A DNA stretch of 64,000 nt from the human T2T-CHM13v2.0 reference genome, Homo sapiens, in assembly GCF_009914755.1 (NCBI RefSeq), contig NC_060925.1. One strand, 5' to 3'. Positions 40,066 to 54,984 of this stretch are shown piece after piece; within the stretch, counting starts at the first letter, position 1, and the number at the start of each line of letters is the position of its first letter. The notes beneath the pieces were generated by a model that saw only the letters and a program-made list of their open reading frames with translations, searched no databases and had not been told where the DNA came from. The translations under genes and the position numbers were made by a program.

Positions 40066-43000
40066 TGATGGTAGGAGGTGAGAATGGATTGGGATTGGCT
40101 TTGGCTGAGAGTACAGAGGCTGGCTGAGGTTAGGGTCCTCAGGCACCTGGAACTGAAAGGTCTTCACTAAGACAGACCGAACTCTGCCCAGATCCTGGTG
40201 AAAAGGAAGGACGTGGCAGTACTTCCTCTCCTTGTGGCTATGGGATTTTCCCTATTGGGACCCCTAGACTGGGTAAAGGAGTGAAAAGGCCACCATGTTA
40301 TTGATGCAGGGTGGGACTGTGCTGGTGAGGGAGCAGGAAGGGGGTTGCTGGAGTTGGAAATCTTGCAAGAAAGTACTTAAAGCAATGCCTAAGGGTTCTG
40401 GGCTACTGGACTGGTGGGAGTGCTGACAGCAGGACACTGATAGGCTGGGAGAGAAGACAGTGCTCAAGGGTGGAAGGTATCAAAAACATGCCAGAGACCA
40501 TGCATATGGGATTCAGAAGCAAGAAACTTGAAGGCAGAGAGGTGAGAGTGGGATGTTTGAGTTTAAAATTCCCAAGGAGTGCAAGTCCCGTCAAAGTTCA
40601 GGATGTGGCCTTGAGTGGGGTCCCCAAGCAGAGTCAGGGTGTAGGAGCCTGGAGAGGAAAAGGTCAAAGGTTTTGGTCCCCAGGATTCTGGATGTCAGGG
40701 TGATAACTGAATTTGAGGGGAAGCCTGGGAGCCAGGTGCCAAGGCCTTTGATGGCTGAGGAGGGAATGGGTGGGCAGCTCTGAGAGGGGGTCTTGTCGTG
40801 TTCTAGATAATGAAAGATGAGCAGGGGATGCCTCAAAAGGCCACTGGATGTAATCCAGCCCTAGGCCAGCTGGACTTGGGTGACTTGCCTGAGGACAGGC
40901 AGCAAAAAAGTGGCTGAGACAAAATAAAAATTAACTTTATGTCTGTAATCACTTACTCTTCCAACCCTTATGGACTGCCGGTCTGTACAGATGTTCCGGT
41001 TCACTAAAAGCTTGGTTGACAAGACTTTTTATTCTCCTGAATTTGTAGTACATATTCACCATGTGACCTTGGGAAATGCATGTCATATTCTACCAGCCTC
41101 AGTTTCCCCCTCTGAATGCCAAGAGGCTGACCAGAGTGGCAAGTTTTCAGCCTTGTCAGGTGGACCCCAGCGATTCAGTGAAAGAGGCTAAAGGTACCTG
41201 GGTGGTGTTGCAGAGCTGGGGGGTGGGAAGATTACAGGGAATCTGCAGGGGATCAGTTCCTGGCCCCACCTTGGTCTCCAGCTGAGCAGCTACCCTTGAA
41301 TCTGCCAGAATTCTAGACTTCTGCATGAGATTTTGTTTGGAAAGAGGATTCTGCTGCCTAAAACTGTGAAAAATCATGATCTTGCCTAGCCCTGACACTG
41401 CGTGAGCCTGTTGCCTTCCTGTACTGGAGGGTGTATCCTTGGCAGTGTGTCCCTTCTGCTTGCCCCAGTCAATTTTAATGCCTAAGCACTTGGCAGGAAC
41501 ATGGGTAGTGCCAGGACCTCTGTAATGCACTTGGCAATGAGCTGATGCTCTTTAGTGGTAGTTGTGACGCCTCTCAGAAATCTGACTTTACTAAAGTGGT
41601 ATTGATGGGCCAAGGGCTTGGGTGCTCCTCAGTGACCTTGATGATGAATTACATCTGGGATCCAGTGAGTGGAACAGACAGGTTCTTTAGCTGAGGAACA
41701 AAGCCCAGACCTGTTCTTCATCACTTAGCACCAGCTGGGATCCCTTGTTGCCAGGCTGGCAGCTGTGAGGGATCACTTGGCCACCAGGAAGACTTCCCAG
41801 CTGGGACTGTTCTGAAGATTTGTGCCAGAGAAACTACATCTGTGAGTCACTGCTCAGGGGAAAACCCAGCTGCTCGGCTCAGCTCCAGCCCCAGTGGCCC
41901 CGGGGAAGGACCAGAAGGCAGAGCGAGAATAAAAGATAGGCTGCTTTGCTTTTCTCAGTTTCCATAGCAGGTTACCGTATTTGCAGTTCTTCATTTCATG
42001 AGGGAAGTTGAGAGTGGGACTGGAATCAAAAGAGGTACTCAGATGGTGAAGCCCATAGCTGTTGGGTGTGGAGGTTTTGGCTAAGCCACCAGGGATACTT
42101 CTCTGACCCTCTGGATCCTTACTTTGACTCATCGCCCTTTTTTTTTTTTTTTTCCTGATCCACAGGTGGCTACAGCCAGGTTCATAGTCTGGCACATGGC
42201 ATTTTCTGGACAGTGAGAATCAGGAAATGGGGGTGAATCTTAGAGTGGGTCTGATGAATCGTGGGAAAATCTCTCAACATTGAGACAGAGATACTGGAAG
42301 GAGCTTGAGATTTGTTTTATAAGAAGAGGGATTCTTGGTGTCATGGCTGTCTTCTCAGAAGGGAAGATCGGTCAGGTGTGGGCCTGAAAACCATGGGTGT
42401 TAAAGGGCTGACCCTGGAACAGTCCCTGCAAGGATAGGGGTGGACCATCAGGACAATGATGGGAAAGTGCTGGTGTTTGGGATGTCACTTCCCACAAATT
42501 GACAATCACTGCAGAGGCCAAGAAGCCTCCCACTGGGTTTGGGGGGTCAGTATCTCTTCAATTAAACTAAGGCAAATTCTTAGCTGCCAAGGAGGCCAGG
42601 TGACTTTGGGTTCTAGTCTCAGATGAGTCCTAGTGGGCTAGAAGCCTGCTTTGCTCTGCTTGACACAGACCAGACATGATGGGTAGGACTTAGTTCCACA
42701 GTGGATGTGGGGAGTCCTGTGAGCTGGTGGGAGTGTGTCTGGAGCGTGCCTAGAATCATGGGGCCTGCATGGTAAAGGTCCTGCAACCAAGCCAAAATGG
42801 GGATGCTTATGGGGCTGGGGATGTTTAGCCTAGAAAAGGGCATAGGAGGCTAGTGTTTTTTGAATCCCTGTTGCTCTAGATGACAGAACTGAGGCCAATA
42901 GATGGAGATAATAGGAAGAAAAATTGTGACTCACCAGAGATAAAGCTAGCTGATATTTTAAGACAGTAAAGTCTAATGGTTAAGATCTTGGACTCTAGAG

Positions 43001-43791
43001 TAGAGTCACAATGGGCACCACCCTGAATCCTGCTCACAGATGTGGGTCTGCAACCCACTTGGTGTTGGCCTGCTCTGCCCTGGGATTTAAAAAACTTGCA
43101 TCAGTCATCAGCACAAATTGGGAGATTATGCTTACAAATCTATATGGATAGCCTCTTTTTAAAAATCGGAGGATCTGATCACCCAAGTTCCTACTCTCTC
43201 ATGTAACAATAAATGGTACGTGGGTGGCAGCTGCCTCTTCTGAATAAAGCAGTTGCACTGTGGTTTTTCACAAGTGCTACTTCCTCCACCTTTCTTACAT
43301 TTGCACAGTTTCGCTGATTCCCAGGTGTCTGCAGGTATTGTAGTTTGCAACCCTTTTCTAGTTAAGAACCCAGGGTTTGTAACCTGGCTTTGCCAATTTT
43401 AAGTTATTGTGACCTTAAAGAAAGGAGTCAATTTCTCTAAGCCACAGTTTCCTTATCTGAATATGAGAATAATAATAATACTTACCATGAGTTAAAGAAC
43501 TCCTGGAAAATGGCTGGCAAGGAGGGAAGCACACCATGAGCGCTCACCAACTCTTAGCTGGTGAAATGCTGTCCAACAGTGGAGGAGGTAGCCTTGGGAG
43601 CTCTATCACCAATGCTGGGCCTGCAGAGAGGCTGCATGACCTGGTGGTAGCCAGGACTACAGAGGAGGGACAGCCACCAAGAACTCTGAAATAAGTGGGC
43701 CATGCAGCAGTACTCCTTGGGCCCTTCCCAATGACCAAGTCAAAGGTGTTGGTGTAGAGCTTCTCTTGATGCTCATTAAAATCAAATTTGA

Positions 43792-44175
43792 GGCCAGGTG
43801 TGGTAGCTCATGCCTGTAATCCCAGTGCTTTGGGAGACCAAGGCAGGCAGATTGCTTGAGCCCAGGAGTTTGAGACCAGCTTGTGCAACATGGCAAAACC
43901 CTGTCTCCACAAAAAAACAAACAAACAAACAAAAAAAACCCCAAAAAAACAACAACCAAAAAAACCCCAAATTAGCCAGGCATGGTGGTCCATGCCTGTA
44001 TTCCCAGCTTCTTGGGAGGCTGAGGTGGGAGGATTACCTGAGCCCAGGGAGGTCGAGACTGCAGTGAACCGTGATGGCACTTCTGCACTCCAGTGTGGGC
44101 AACACACTGTCTCAAAAATAAGTAAAATATTTTGTGTCTCAAAAATAAGTAAAATAAAATAAAAATAAAATAAAA
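43792..44175 (+). mobile_element. Alu (J-type) with expanded A-rich linker and duplicated 3' end
   Basis: The linker is expanded to (AAAC)n-like sequence. tgtctcaaaaataagtaaaata is duplicated (44108, 44135). Degenerate TSD aaaatcaaatttga / aaaattagatttga. Confidence 0.9.
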
Positions 44176-45120
44176 TTAGATTTGATCTGGAAAGAAATTT
44201 TGTAGAAAAGAATGTGTCACCTGGAGTAACCTACATCCAGAGTAACCTACATCCACTTGGGAGGCTGCAGTGTGCTCAGAGTGAGTTGGAGTTCCAGCCC
44301 TAGCTGATGGTGGGTGGGAGCATTCCCCTGCCCCTTCCTGCTCTGCTGCAGGGCTCCTTGGAGCTCACTGGCAGCATGTCCTCCCTTGGTAGCTGGATAG
44401 GCCCTTCAGTAGGCTCTGCAGGCTGAGCAGCCATGGGAGACAGCTAAACCCATACCCATACTTTGGCTCTGTGACAGAGTGGTCCAGCACTTCAGGACCT
44501 GCCTGGGTCCTGGGTCTGCCCCTGGGTGGGGCCTGGGTGGTATGGGTTCCCTTCGGGTGGTCTGGACTCAGCCTGATGAGACAGCCTTTGGTGGCTGGTT
44601 TCCATTGGCCCCTGAGAAGCCCTCTGCTGGAGCGGCATGGAGTGACTGAGAGAGTCAGTTCTGTGTCTTGAACTGTCATGTATTTTCTGGTTCTGGAAGC
44701 AGAATCTGCTTTATGTGCTTGAGATGCTGAGCCAAGGGCAGACACATCCTTATTCTCAGAGAGCCACTACAGGAGGGGAAGCAGGGGTCTACTGGCCGTG
44801 AGCACAGCAGTACATGCCGCATGTCTGCCAGACAGGCTGGGAAAAAGCTTGGGGGAGAGGGAGGGCTCACCAGGCCTGGAGGCTGCAGGAAGCCAGCCTC
44901 CTGGCCTCTGAGGATGGTGCTATGACACCAGTGCTGAGGACTGGTGGGTGCAGTGGGGTGAGTTGAATGAGCTGGGAATTCATGCTCTGAATCTATTTCC
45001 CCTGCTGCTTCTCCACTCCTCTATTCTCCCTCCCCTCTCCTCTTCGGCATTCACTGTAGCCTTGATACTTAAAATATCATCACAGCCAGTGAGCAGCTGT
45101 CAATGACCGGTCCCCTTACC

Positions 45121-45139
45121 TCAGCACTAGGTGGTGCTT
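45121..45139 (+). promoter_or_regulatory. Candidate CTCF motif
   Basis: TCAGCACTAGGTGGTGCTT; the core CACTAGGTGG is intact, with two mismatches to consensus. Confidence 0.45.
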
Positions 45140-46084
45140 GTATCTCCCTTCTGGCTGGCTGAGGAAGCTGGGCAGCAGGAGGCAGATGCTGGTTCAGAGC
45201 CCCTCTTCTTGCAGAATCATTAGGCAAAGCTCCCAGCAGCCTGACTTATGCAGATGTCAGAGCTCAGTCTTTGGTTCTTGTGCTTGAGCTAATTGGCATC
45301 TTTGGAGAAGCTTTTCAGCCTCTGGCCTGTGGGCACCTGTCCCTGAGGGGTGGCCCATCATTCAGCCTTGGTCTTTGCATTAGGCCTGTATAGCTACCGA
45401 GTTTTCACCCCAAGCCATGTCTGATGGCCTTTGGCTGGAATCTGGGATGGTAGAAAGCTGTTGAGACAGTTGAGTCTAAATTAAATATTAGATCTGGGTG
45501 GGTTTCACATATTTCATAGCATAACTTTGTTGGGATATTTATTTGCTCTTCTCCTGGTTCTCGCAATTTAATAATTGAGTAAAATCCGTTTTGACATTCA
45601 GCACTGATTTGCTTACATTCTGCTGAAGTGCACCTGCTCTGTGAGAGAGTGGGTGTGTGTCAGGAGGCTGGGAGAAGTGGGGGCAGACAACAGAAGCTTC
45701 AAATGAGAGACATGGCTTGGGCACTGACTTTATATGTGAAAATGTGATTCAGCCTTAAACTTGTGGGTCGCTTGCTAGATGACAAGCGCTAGATCAGACT
45801 CCAGTGGGAGAGTAAAATCATGGAAGATACCGTCTTCTTCCAGGAAGCTTGTGTTGGGGAAATAACGTCAAACACAACAACACCAGCTAAAGAGCAGAGT
45901 GCAAAGACAGGTGGCTCTCCCCTAATTCCACTGCACATACACTCACAATCAGATACACATATGTACACATTAGGTCAAACCTGTGAAGACCAAACCAGGC
46001 TCTGGGTTTTGGGATTGGGGTCATCAAGACCTACAAGTAAAATCTCCTCTTTTCAAATCTGCATTTCCTTATAGCAAAATGGTG

Positions 46085-46310
46085 GGAGCATAGGCCCTGG
46101 AGCCAGGGGCCTGCCTGAGAATCTGGTTCCCTCCATACTAGCTGTTTATGCTTAGACATGCCACTTAACCTGTCTGTGCTTCAGTTTCCTCATCTGTAAA
46201 ATGGGAATTTCAGTGTCTATTTCACAAGTTTGCTGAGAGGTTTAAAGAAGTTAAAACATGTATGCGCTTCAAACAGTGTCTGGCACATGGGCAGTGCTCA
46301 GTAGCTATGA
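46085..46310 (+). mobile_element. MIR
   Basis: cttaacctgtctgtgcttcagtttcctcatctgtaaaatggg...tctggcacatgggcagtgctcagta. Confidence 0.85.
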
Positions 46311-46499
46311 CTATTGTTCCAAAGATCTGACCACTTTTCACTGCTTGCAGAGGTAAACGGTAGATGTTCAGACCATAAGGGAAAAACAGAGGCCCATTTT
46401 TAAGATGAGAAAGTGGGACAAGTAATAGAATATCTGCCTGGTTTCAGGAGAGGAGAGGGTCCTGGAAACTTGGTTCTTCTTACACAGCTGCTGAGCCCC

Positions 46500-47560
46500 A
46501 ACTGAATTCAATTCATCAAAAGTATAATGAGGATCTGCTGTGCACAAGGTATGTAAGTGTGGTGGGGAAACAGGTGCTTCAAGTATGGAGCCCATCCTCT
46601 ACCTCAGGAGGTGGAACAGACAGATAAAAACAAGGAGTAGAACATGATAAATATCACAAATACTCAGGAAGACCCTAAGTTGTAAGAAGAGAGGAAAGTC
46701 CTTTTGAGTGTTGGAGAAGAAGATATCAGGGACAGCATACATCAGAACAGAAAGGCAGAAAAGCTTGGCATATATTTGAGAACAGGACAGAGTCTATTTT
46801 GGTTGGAGGAAGCTTGGGTGAGAAAGGGTGTTGGGCTATCACTGGAAAGTGTGGGATGCAAAGGCAGGGTGAGTTGGCACTTCATCAACAGATAATGGAA
46901 GGCCACTGAAGGCTTTCTGAACAGGAGTAGAATCTTTTTATATTTTAAAACTAGTAGACTACAGTAAGTGAGGAAGATGGAGGGATGAAAGACGACAACT
47001 TTTGTTCATTTGTTTGTTTGTTTTGCCTGGGTGACTATCTGCATGATGGTATCTGCTAGAGATAGGGAAGTCAGAAGAAAGGGCCAAATCACTGGAGAAA
47101 GAAAATGCTTTACTTGGACAGTCTGGATGGGAAGTTCCAGTGAGTCATCCTGGTGGCAATGACTGGCAGATTGTTGGAAATGGAGGAGCTAAAGCGAGAG
47201 AGGCTAAGAATAGAGATATGGATTTGGGAGTTAGTGGCAAATAGAGTTAAACTATGGGAATGTATATGATGGCCTGAGAAGAAATTATAGGAGAAGTAAG
47301 AAGGACTAAGGGCTGAGCCTGGGAGACAGGACATGGAGGGGAAAGGCAGCTGAGAGGAGCCTTGAAGAAGACTGAAGAGGAATAATTGCTACTGAGGAGA
47401 AGCAAGGCAGTTCAGTGTGATGGATGCCAAAAGATGGAGAAGTCAAGGAGGTAAGACCCAAGGAAAGGCTACTTTTGGGCTGCTGGTGACCTGGAAGAGC
47501 CATCTGCATAGAGTTCTGGGATGGGCAGAGTGAGAGAGCATGGTAGAGCAAAGGGTTGTG
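46500..47560 (-). mobile_element. Degenerate L2
   Basis: ggaaggccactgaaggcttt; ggctaagaatagagatatggatttgggag; gggctgagcctgggagac. Confidence 0.65.
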
Positions 47561-47713
47561 GGAAGACCTGAGAGGCTTTGTAGAATTAAGGGAAGAGATG
47601 AGATACCAAGCGCATTCAGTCCTGCCTATCTTCCTAATGCATGAATTAAGATCAGAAAAGAGAACTAGAGAAAGAGGCTAGATGGCTGCGAGAAGCCAGA
47701 ATATTAAGAAGTT

Positions 47714-48095
<382 letters not shown>

Positions 48096-48686
48096 TCAGT
48101 AAGAAAACAAAGATTGAGACTGTTTATAAAATAGAATTGCCTGATTATGAACCAAATATGAGTCAGTTAAAATATGTCAATATAAAACATTTATTCTTAA
48201 GGAAAACAATTTAGACAATATCAAATATATTTAAAATGTTGGGTAGGCAATGGTTATGAAGGAGGAGAAGCACGCACTTCTCCAACTGCACCATCACTAG
48301 CCACACGACTTCCTGTGAGTTATGACCCCTCTGCTTCACATTCTCATCGTATAATGGGGATAGTAACACTTTTCAAGGTTTTTGCATTGTTGTAAGGACT
48401 GAGTGAGCTATTGAGGAATCTGAATGCAAAGGAGTTATTATCCCAGTGCCTTGTGCATTGTGAGTAGGTGCTGAGTAAGTATTAACTATCATCACTATTA
48501 GCTTTTCTCGGCTGTCGGTAGTGCAGTCTTGGAGGGAACAGTTTGGCATTCTGGGCCCTGAGATTTAGCTGGATGGATGCTCAAATACTTGCATTGAGTG
48601 GATAAATGCAACTGAAGTAGAAGTGAAAGATCGTGTGTGACTAAACAAAAGAGAAAAGGGAAGAGAAAGGAGAGGTTTAGTGCATT

Positions 48687-48691
48687 TGTGA

Positions 48692-48731
<40 letters not shown>
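48687..48731. repeat. (GT)n microsatellite
   Basis: Read directly. Confidence 0.95.
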
Positions 48732-48733
<2 letters not shown>

Positions 48734-49181
48734 GGAGGGAAGATGGTAATAATGCTAGGAGAAAGGCAGCATTTCATGACTGGCAGAAATGGGTTCCATG
48801 GTACCACTGCATGGTCGACTTAAATACAGGAAACCCTGCAACTTGTGGTTTCACAATTCTCAGTTGTGAACATTGGTGCTCTTTATCAAACCCTTCAGTC
48901 AAAACTGCAAATATACAGTCCAGAACCACAGATTTCTTTAATTTTGACTTTGTAGCTAAGTCATCCTAATCAGGGACTCTCTATCCTACCCACACCCAAA
49001 CTCAGTAAACACAAAGAATACTGAGAATATCAGACCAAAATATTTGGTGTACAGTTCGGATTCATGTTCTGTCTTCTCCAAGTCTCAATTTTCTTCTCTG
49101 TGATGATCGCCTAATGTCTACCTTTTTGAATGTCTATGGAGATGTATTTAAGTACTTGGTAACCTGGAATGTGCTAAATAG

Positions 49182-49479
<298 letters not shown>

Positions 49480-49719
49480 AGAGGTTATCTTTTTATACTA
49501 GTTTTCTTTAATATTTTATTTTGGATTTGTTCTATGTGAATTCACCTGAAGGTGATTTGAACCTGTTTACATTGTAATCTGTAACACATTTTGGGCAATA
49601 AACTTCATATGCTGACTACTTAGCTCCTTTCATTCATTTTAAATTTACTTCCCAAGTGTTCAGCTTCAGGGAATGCTCTTCAGGAACAACGTCCCTGGAT
49701 CTGGTGATCAAGTGGATCA

Positions 49720-49752
49720 CCAGAACCTCACCCAGAACCTCACCCAGAACCT
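49720..49752. repeat. 12-bp tandem repeat (CCAGAACCTCAC)x2.7
   Basis: Read directly. Confidence 0.9.
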
Positions 49753-51333
49753 TTGATCTCATTTTTCATTTTCTCCCAGTCTGAGGAGGCCCTGACTCTG
49801 CCCAGTGAAGCTGCTCTCTCTCTGGCAATGCCCATCCCATCAGCCATGATGTGAGCGTTCTTGAGCTCTGCCCTGTGCATGAGGTTTGTCCAGCTGGGGG
49901 AGGGAACTAGAGTCAACACTGTTTCCCAGATGTAGGCAATATGGTTGCTGCTCTGGCACGGTAATCTGTAGGTTCTATGGGACATTTTAAAATCCCAGCC
50001 TGCTTTCTCTTTAACTAGCTTCTCTTCCTATCCCTTTAAAGCTTTAAAAATTACCCCAAATGTCTGCGAGTAGCCTCCACACAATCCAATATATTTGATG
50101 CATTACAAAGTCCTTAAACATGACTCCTGGATGATCTTTTCTTTATCTACCCTCCATTAACAGAAATGACATAGAACTGCTTATGTGTATTTACATGGAT
50201 CTCTCTCACCTCCTCCCTCACCTCCCACCCCACCTCACCCCCCACCCCCAAATACTGAAGTGTTAATGGGGATAGTGCATTGTTTAAGCTGTCACAATGT
50301 GTGATCAAGACAGACTGAAAGTCCTCTAAACCTTCAATAGTAATTCCATTCTCCAGGAGAGATGGAAAATTCTTGCATGCAGGAGATATTAGTTGCTCTG
50401 TTTCAGTCTGAATTGTGCACAGAGTTTCCTGGGCTACTGTAAGGTGGAGTAATCCCAGATTGCCGGGGCTGTTCCATGCATCCCATGGGATAATGTGTAA
50501 TGATCAGTAACCTGTAAAGTGCTGAATTAAGGTTATCCTTTTATCCTAGTTTCCTTTAATAATATATTTTGAATTTGTAGCATGTGAATTAATCTAATGT
50601 CTTGTAAATGGGTGGATTTCTGGTGTGTCCTGATCTTTCTCGATCTGCCTGGAGTCAATCAACATTCAGGAGTGAGGAGTGGGATGAAGAATGGAGATTC
50701 TAGAACCAATATCTAAAAATATGTATGGAGGTGGGGGCAGGGAGGGAGTTCTTGGGAGGCTACCAGGAGGATTCTTGCTTCCATATTCATTTATCCATAA
50801 ATCATTTGTTGGGGGCTGTGTTGTTTGGTGGCCTCTGTGGCTGAGCCATGAGGTAAAGCTGATGACAAAGATTTCACTCTGCCAGTCTTCTTGCTCTCTG
50901 AAGAAAGGCATCCCCTCTTCCCTTGGGAGGCCCACCCTCTGCCTCTTAGCTCAGCACTCAGTTTGAGACTAGGCTGTCTGAGCTGTCTCATTCCGTTTGT
51001 GATCATGTGCCATTCCGACTTCCTCTATTTCCTCTTCTTTATTTACTATTCTGTAGTCTTCCCCACGCTTTCAAAACTGAAGGAATGGTTGAGTTGCCAT
51101 GGCAACCCTCTGCCCCCACCTCTTTTTCCTTTCTCAACAATTTTTCTACATTTTAATAAAATTACTATTTATAGTGCACAAAGCTGCATTCCCCTCCACT
51201 GCAGCTCTGCAAGGGAGGTTTTCTGTCTGACCAGAATACTAATAACTAAAACATGGCTTTCCAGTGAGGAAGTGAGGAAGCCCTCCAGAGCAATCACTTT
51301 GGGAGACATATGTGTTCTTTAGGATATTGTTTA

Positions 51334-51741
<408 letters not shown>

Positions 51742-52179
51742 TTAGGGTTGTTTTAAGGATCCAATAAATTAATATAGACAAGGACTTAAAAGAGTGTCTG
51801 TCGTCATTTGTTATAGGCATTTGAATTATTATTTTAGTAGCTTATTAACATCCATGAAGACTATTCCAAATGTGAGGTTTTACCAAGGTTTTATAGCTGT
51901 TGAGGGATAGGCCCGGTGGAGGAGGTTAGGAGGGGTTATTTTGTATGGAATGAAACATTTAGACTACATTGAAGAGTAGAATGAAGGAGTAGCTTTTAAA
52001 TTCTTAGTGTTCAATAATGAAAATATTCATTCTTTATCATGTTTTGGGACTTTCTAAAAACAAATTTTATATAGGAGCAAGGCAGATTATTTTAGCTTAA
52101 TTTGAACTTACATTGTTTATTCATTCAAAGGGCTCACAGGTGGAAAATCTCTGAGTGAGGTTACACAGTAATGATCTGG

Positions 52180-52346
52180 TAGTAGTGCTACTTAAACTTT
52201 CATGTGCATATAAATCACCTGGGAAGTTTATTACACTTCAGATTCTAATTCAGTGAGTTGGGGGTGGAGCCTGAGATTCTACATTTCTATCAAGCTCTTA
52301 GATGCTGCTGCTGCTGCTGGTCCCTGAGGACCATTGAGTAGCAAGG
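52180..52346. mobile_element. MER5-family hAT element
   Basis: aatcacctggga...cagattctaattcagt...ggggtggagcctgagattctacatttcta...gctgctggtcc. Confidence 0.8.
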
Positions 52347-54984
52347 TTTAAGGTTTTTGGGGCCAGCTCTTCCTAAAGACACTTTTTAAACAAAGGTGTG
52401 GGTTGAGTGGAAGGGGCTCTCCAATTTCTTAGTTATTACCCAATTGGAATTACCCAATACTAATAGAACTGGGCCCTCATGAGAGAATGAGGTTAAGAAT
52501 CACCAGTGGAAGCCAGAAGACTTCTTTTTTCTGAGATTTTAACAAGAGAAGTCAGGAAAGGCTATATACTTTTTTTATTTTTATTTTTATTATTTTGGCC
52601 AGAAAGCTCAGAGGTGCCTGACTGCATTGTATTCAGGCTCTACTCTTGCTTTATAAGTCAAATGTGATTACTCACTTAATTTTGTTCTTGAAACATTTTT
52701 AGAACCCAGTAAAACTCATCATTTTCCTGAATGAGAGTTAAGGCTTTTTTTTTTGGGTGGTGATTTATTCAGAATATTTTGAAGACATGATTGTGGGACT
52801 AAGATCCAAGTGAAACTGAGCCAAAAGAAGACGTAATTATTAAAACATTAACTTGAAATTTTAACTCCTGTTTGAAAGCATTGCTTCCCTCTCTAAATGT
52901 CTGTCAATATCTTATTTAAGTCTTTTTTTTTAAACAAAGCAAAACAAAACCTTTGACATGTTTTTAAGAACTAACAATAATGGTGATATACAACAGCTGC
53001 AGTCTCACTTCCGAATGGAGGAATTAAAGGCTCATGTTAGAAGATGAGAGGTTTAGCTACTTTATAGGCTTAATCAGCCAGTGACTCACAATTACGAGTC
53101 ATGTGATTTAAAAATCTCAGTGACTGTGAGCTTCTCTTTGGAGGACTGGGCAAACTGTGAAGAAATATGTGAAATTAGAGAAAGAAATGTGAAGTAGACT
53201 TCCTCTTTAAATTCTGGATTAGCCATGACTCAAAGAGCATGGTAGGACATCTGTATATGCTCATTTTATTAGAAAGGCCATCACAATTGGATTTAGACTT
53301 CTATTCGTGTAATCCATCTTCTTTTTGCAGGCAGGATTATCTCTAGGCTAGTACTGAAAAATTGTCACTTCTATTAGATTATTAAGCAAGGTCTGTATCA
53401 TCTCTCAAAAAGACCCACAGATCAAGATATGTTGACATCAGTGGAGGGGGAATTGCCCTTTTAGTGGCACCTTCAGCCTTTGCAGATGCCAATTCAATCA
53501 ACCAGTAACAACTCAGATGGGAGATGGGAGAGTGTGGCTAAGATGGACAAGAATACACTTTCAAAATGCAAAGCTTTTCTGCAGCATTAGGGGTCATGGA
53601 GATGTTAAAAGACTTTTCAAATAGCAACTACACAATAGGATTCCAGATTAAAGGCTCCTCAGTTGACAGATAACCAGTGGGAAAAGATGAAATGAGAATT
53701 ATCTGAGAATTGCTATCATAACCTATCCTTAAAACAGAAGAGCTTTGTTCCTTTTAAGCTCATGGGAGCATGTTATAGTAGCAGCCTTATAATTTGTCAC
53801 TGAATAAATCACCAACACCAAGTTACATTAATTATATCTTACTCTTTAGCTCCCTAAATTTCTCCTTAATAGACCTAAAGGAATTATGATGAATAAGGAT
53901 TGAGACCATTTGCAACCTTTGGAGTTAGTGGTTTGCTTTCCAATAATTGACATTTTTATCTATTAATGCAGTTAGGAAAATTCATGTTTTCAGTTTTGGT
54001 AAGAATTTTGCCTAGAATTATCAGCAACGAAAATCTTACTCTAAGTTAGTCAATTGTTCTTGATGATTATAATGATCTAAAGTTTGATGCCCACAGCCTT
54101 GTGTATGTTAATTTCCAGTAGATTCCGTAAGAATGAGAGAATGTGTGTATGTTTTTGAACTGGAAGACATTCTGACCGGGATCTACAGAGATATAAATGG
54201 GCAAATCCAGTACAGTTTAAACACAGGAGTTCTTATCTGAGTGGAATACTTCAGAGGGTTGGAGATTGAAGTAGCCCTCTGATGAAGTCTGGAAACTACT
54301 GGAAATGTTTAAATACTGTGGTTTAAAATTACACTTGAGATAAAATCTGATTTCCTGTTTCTAAGTCAAAAAGCTTACAATAAGGACCTTGAAGTTTCCT
54401 GGAATAATAAACAACACTTCTAAAACGGCAACTGGATGAGGTAAGTGTGGTTGACTAGAAAGTACAGATTAATTTTCTCAACACTACTCATGTTTCAAAA
54501 TTAAGAGGGAAAATTTCCAAGAGAGAGACATATTTGAGGTCATGTTGAACCCAAAATAGTTTTAAGTGCTGCAATAGTTTGAAACGTTTTTAAGGGTTTT
54601 CCACTGCTGAGACAATTAGCTAGTTTCCTCAGACTGCATTTGTTTTACCAATCTAGTGTTGAGAGCCTCTTAACAGTGGTATATCAATGTGCAACATTTC
54701 TTGCAACTTATAAAAGATAAGTAGACCGGCACCGGCTACAAGGAGCTAGAAACCCTTCCCCATCTCATTGGCCTCGCTTAGTCCTTCCTACTTAGTCATC
54801 AAGCCTAAATCCCTCTCTTATTTCCTGAAGGCCCCTGAGCTAAGTTAATTTTATCTTCCTTCTTTCTCATAGTTCCCTGAGCCTACCTGGTATAGAACTT
54901 GTCACTGTTCCATAATCATAGGTGTTCTCATTTCCCACTATTTCTATGAGATATTTGAGGATAGAAGTTACATCTTCTCAGTGT

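Noticed and set aside
49720-49752. Short direct repeats as a CRISPR-like array
   Set aside because: Head-to-tail 12-mers with no spacers in mammalian DNA: a simple tandem repeat.
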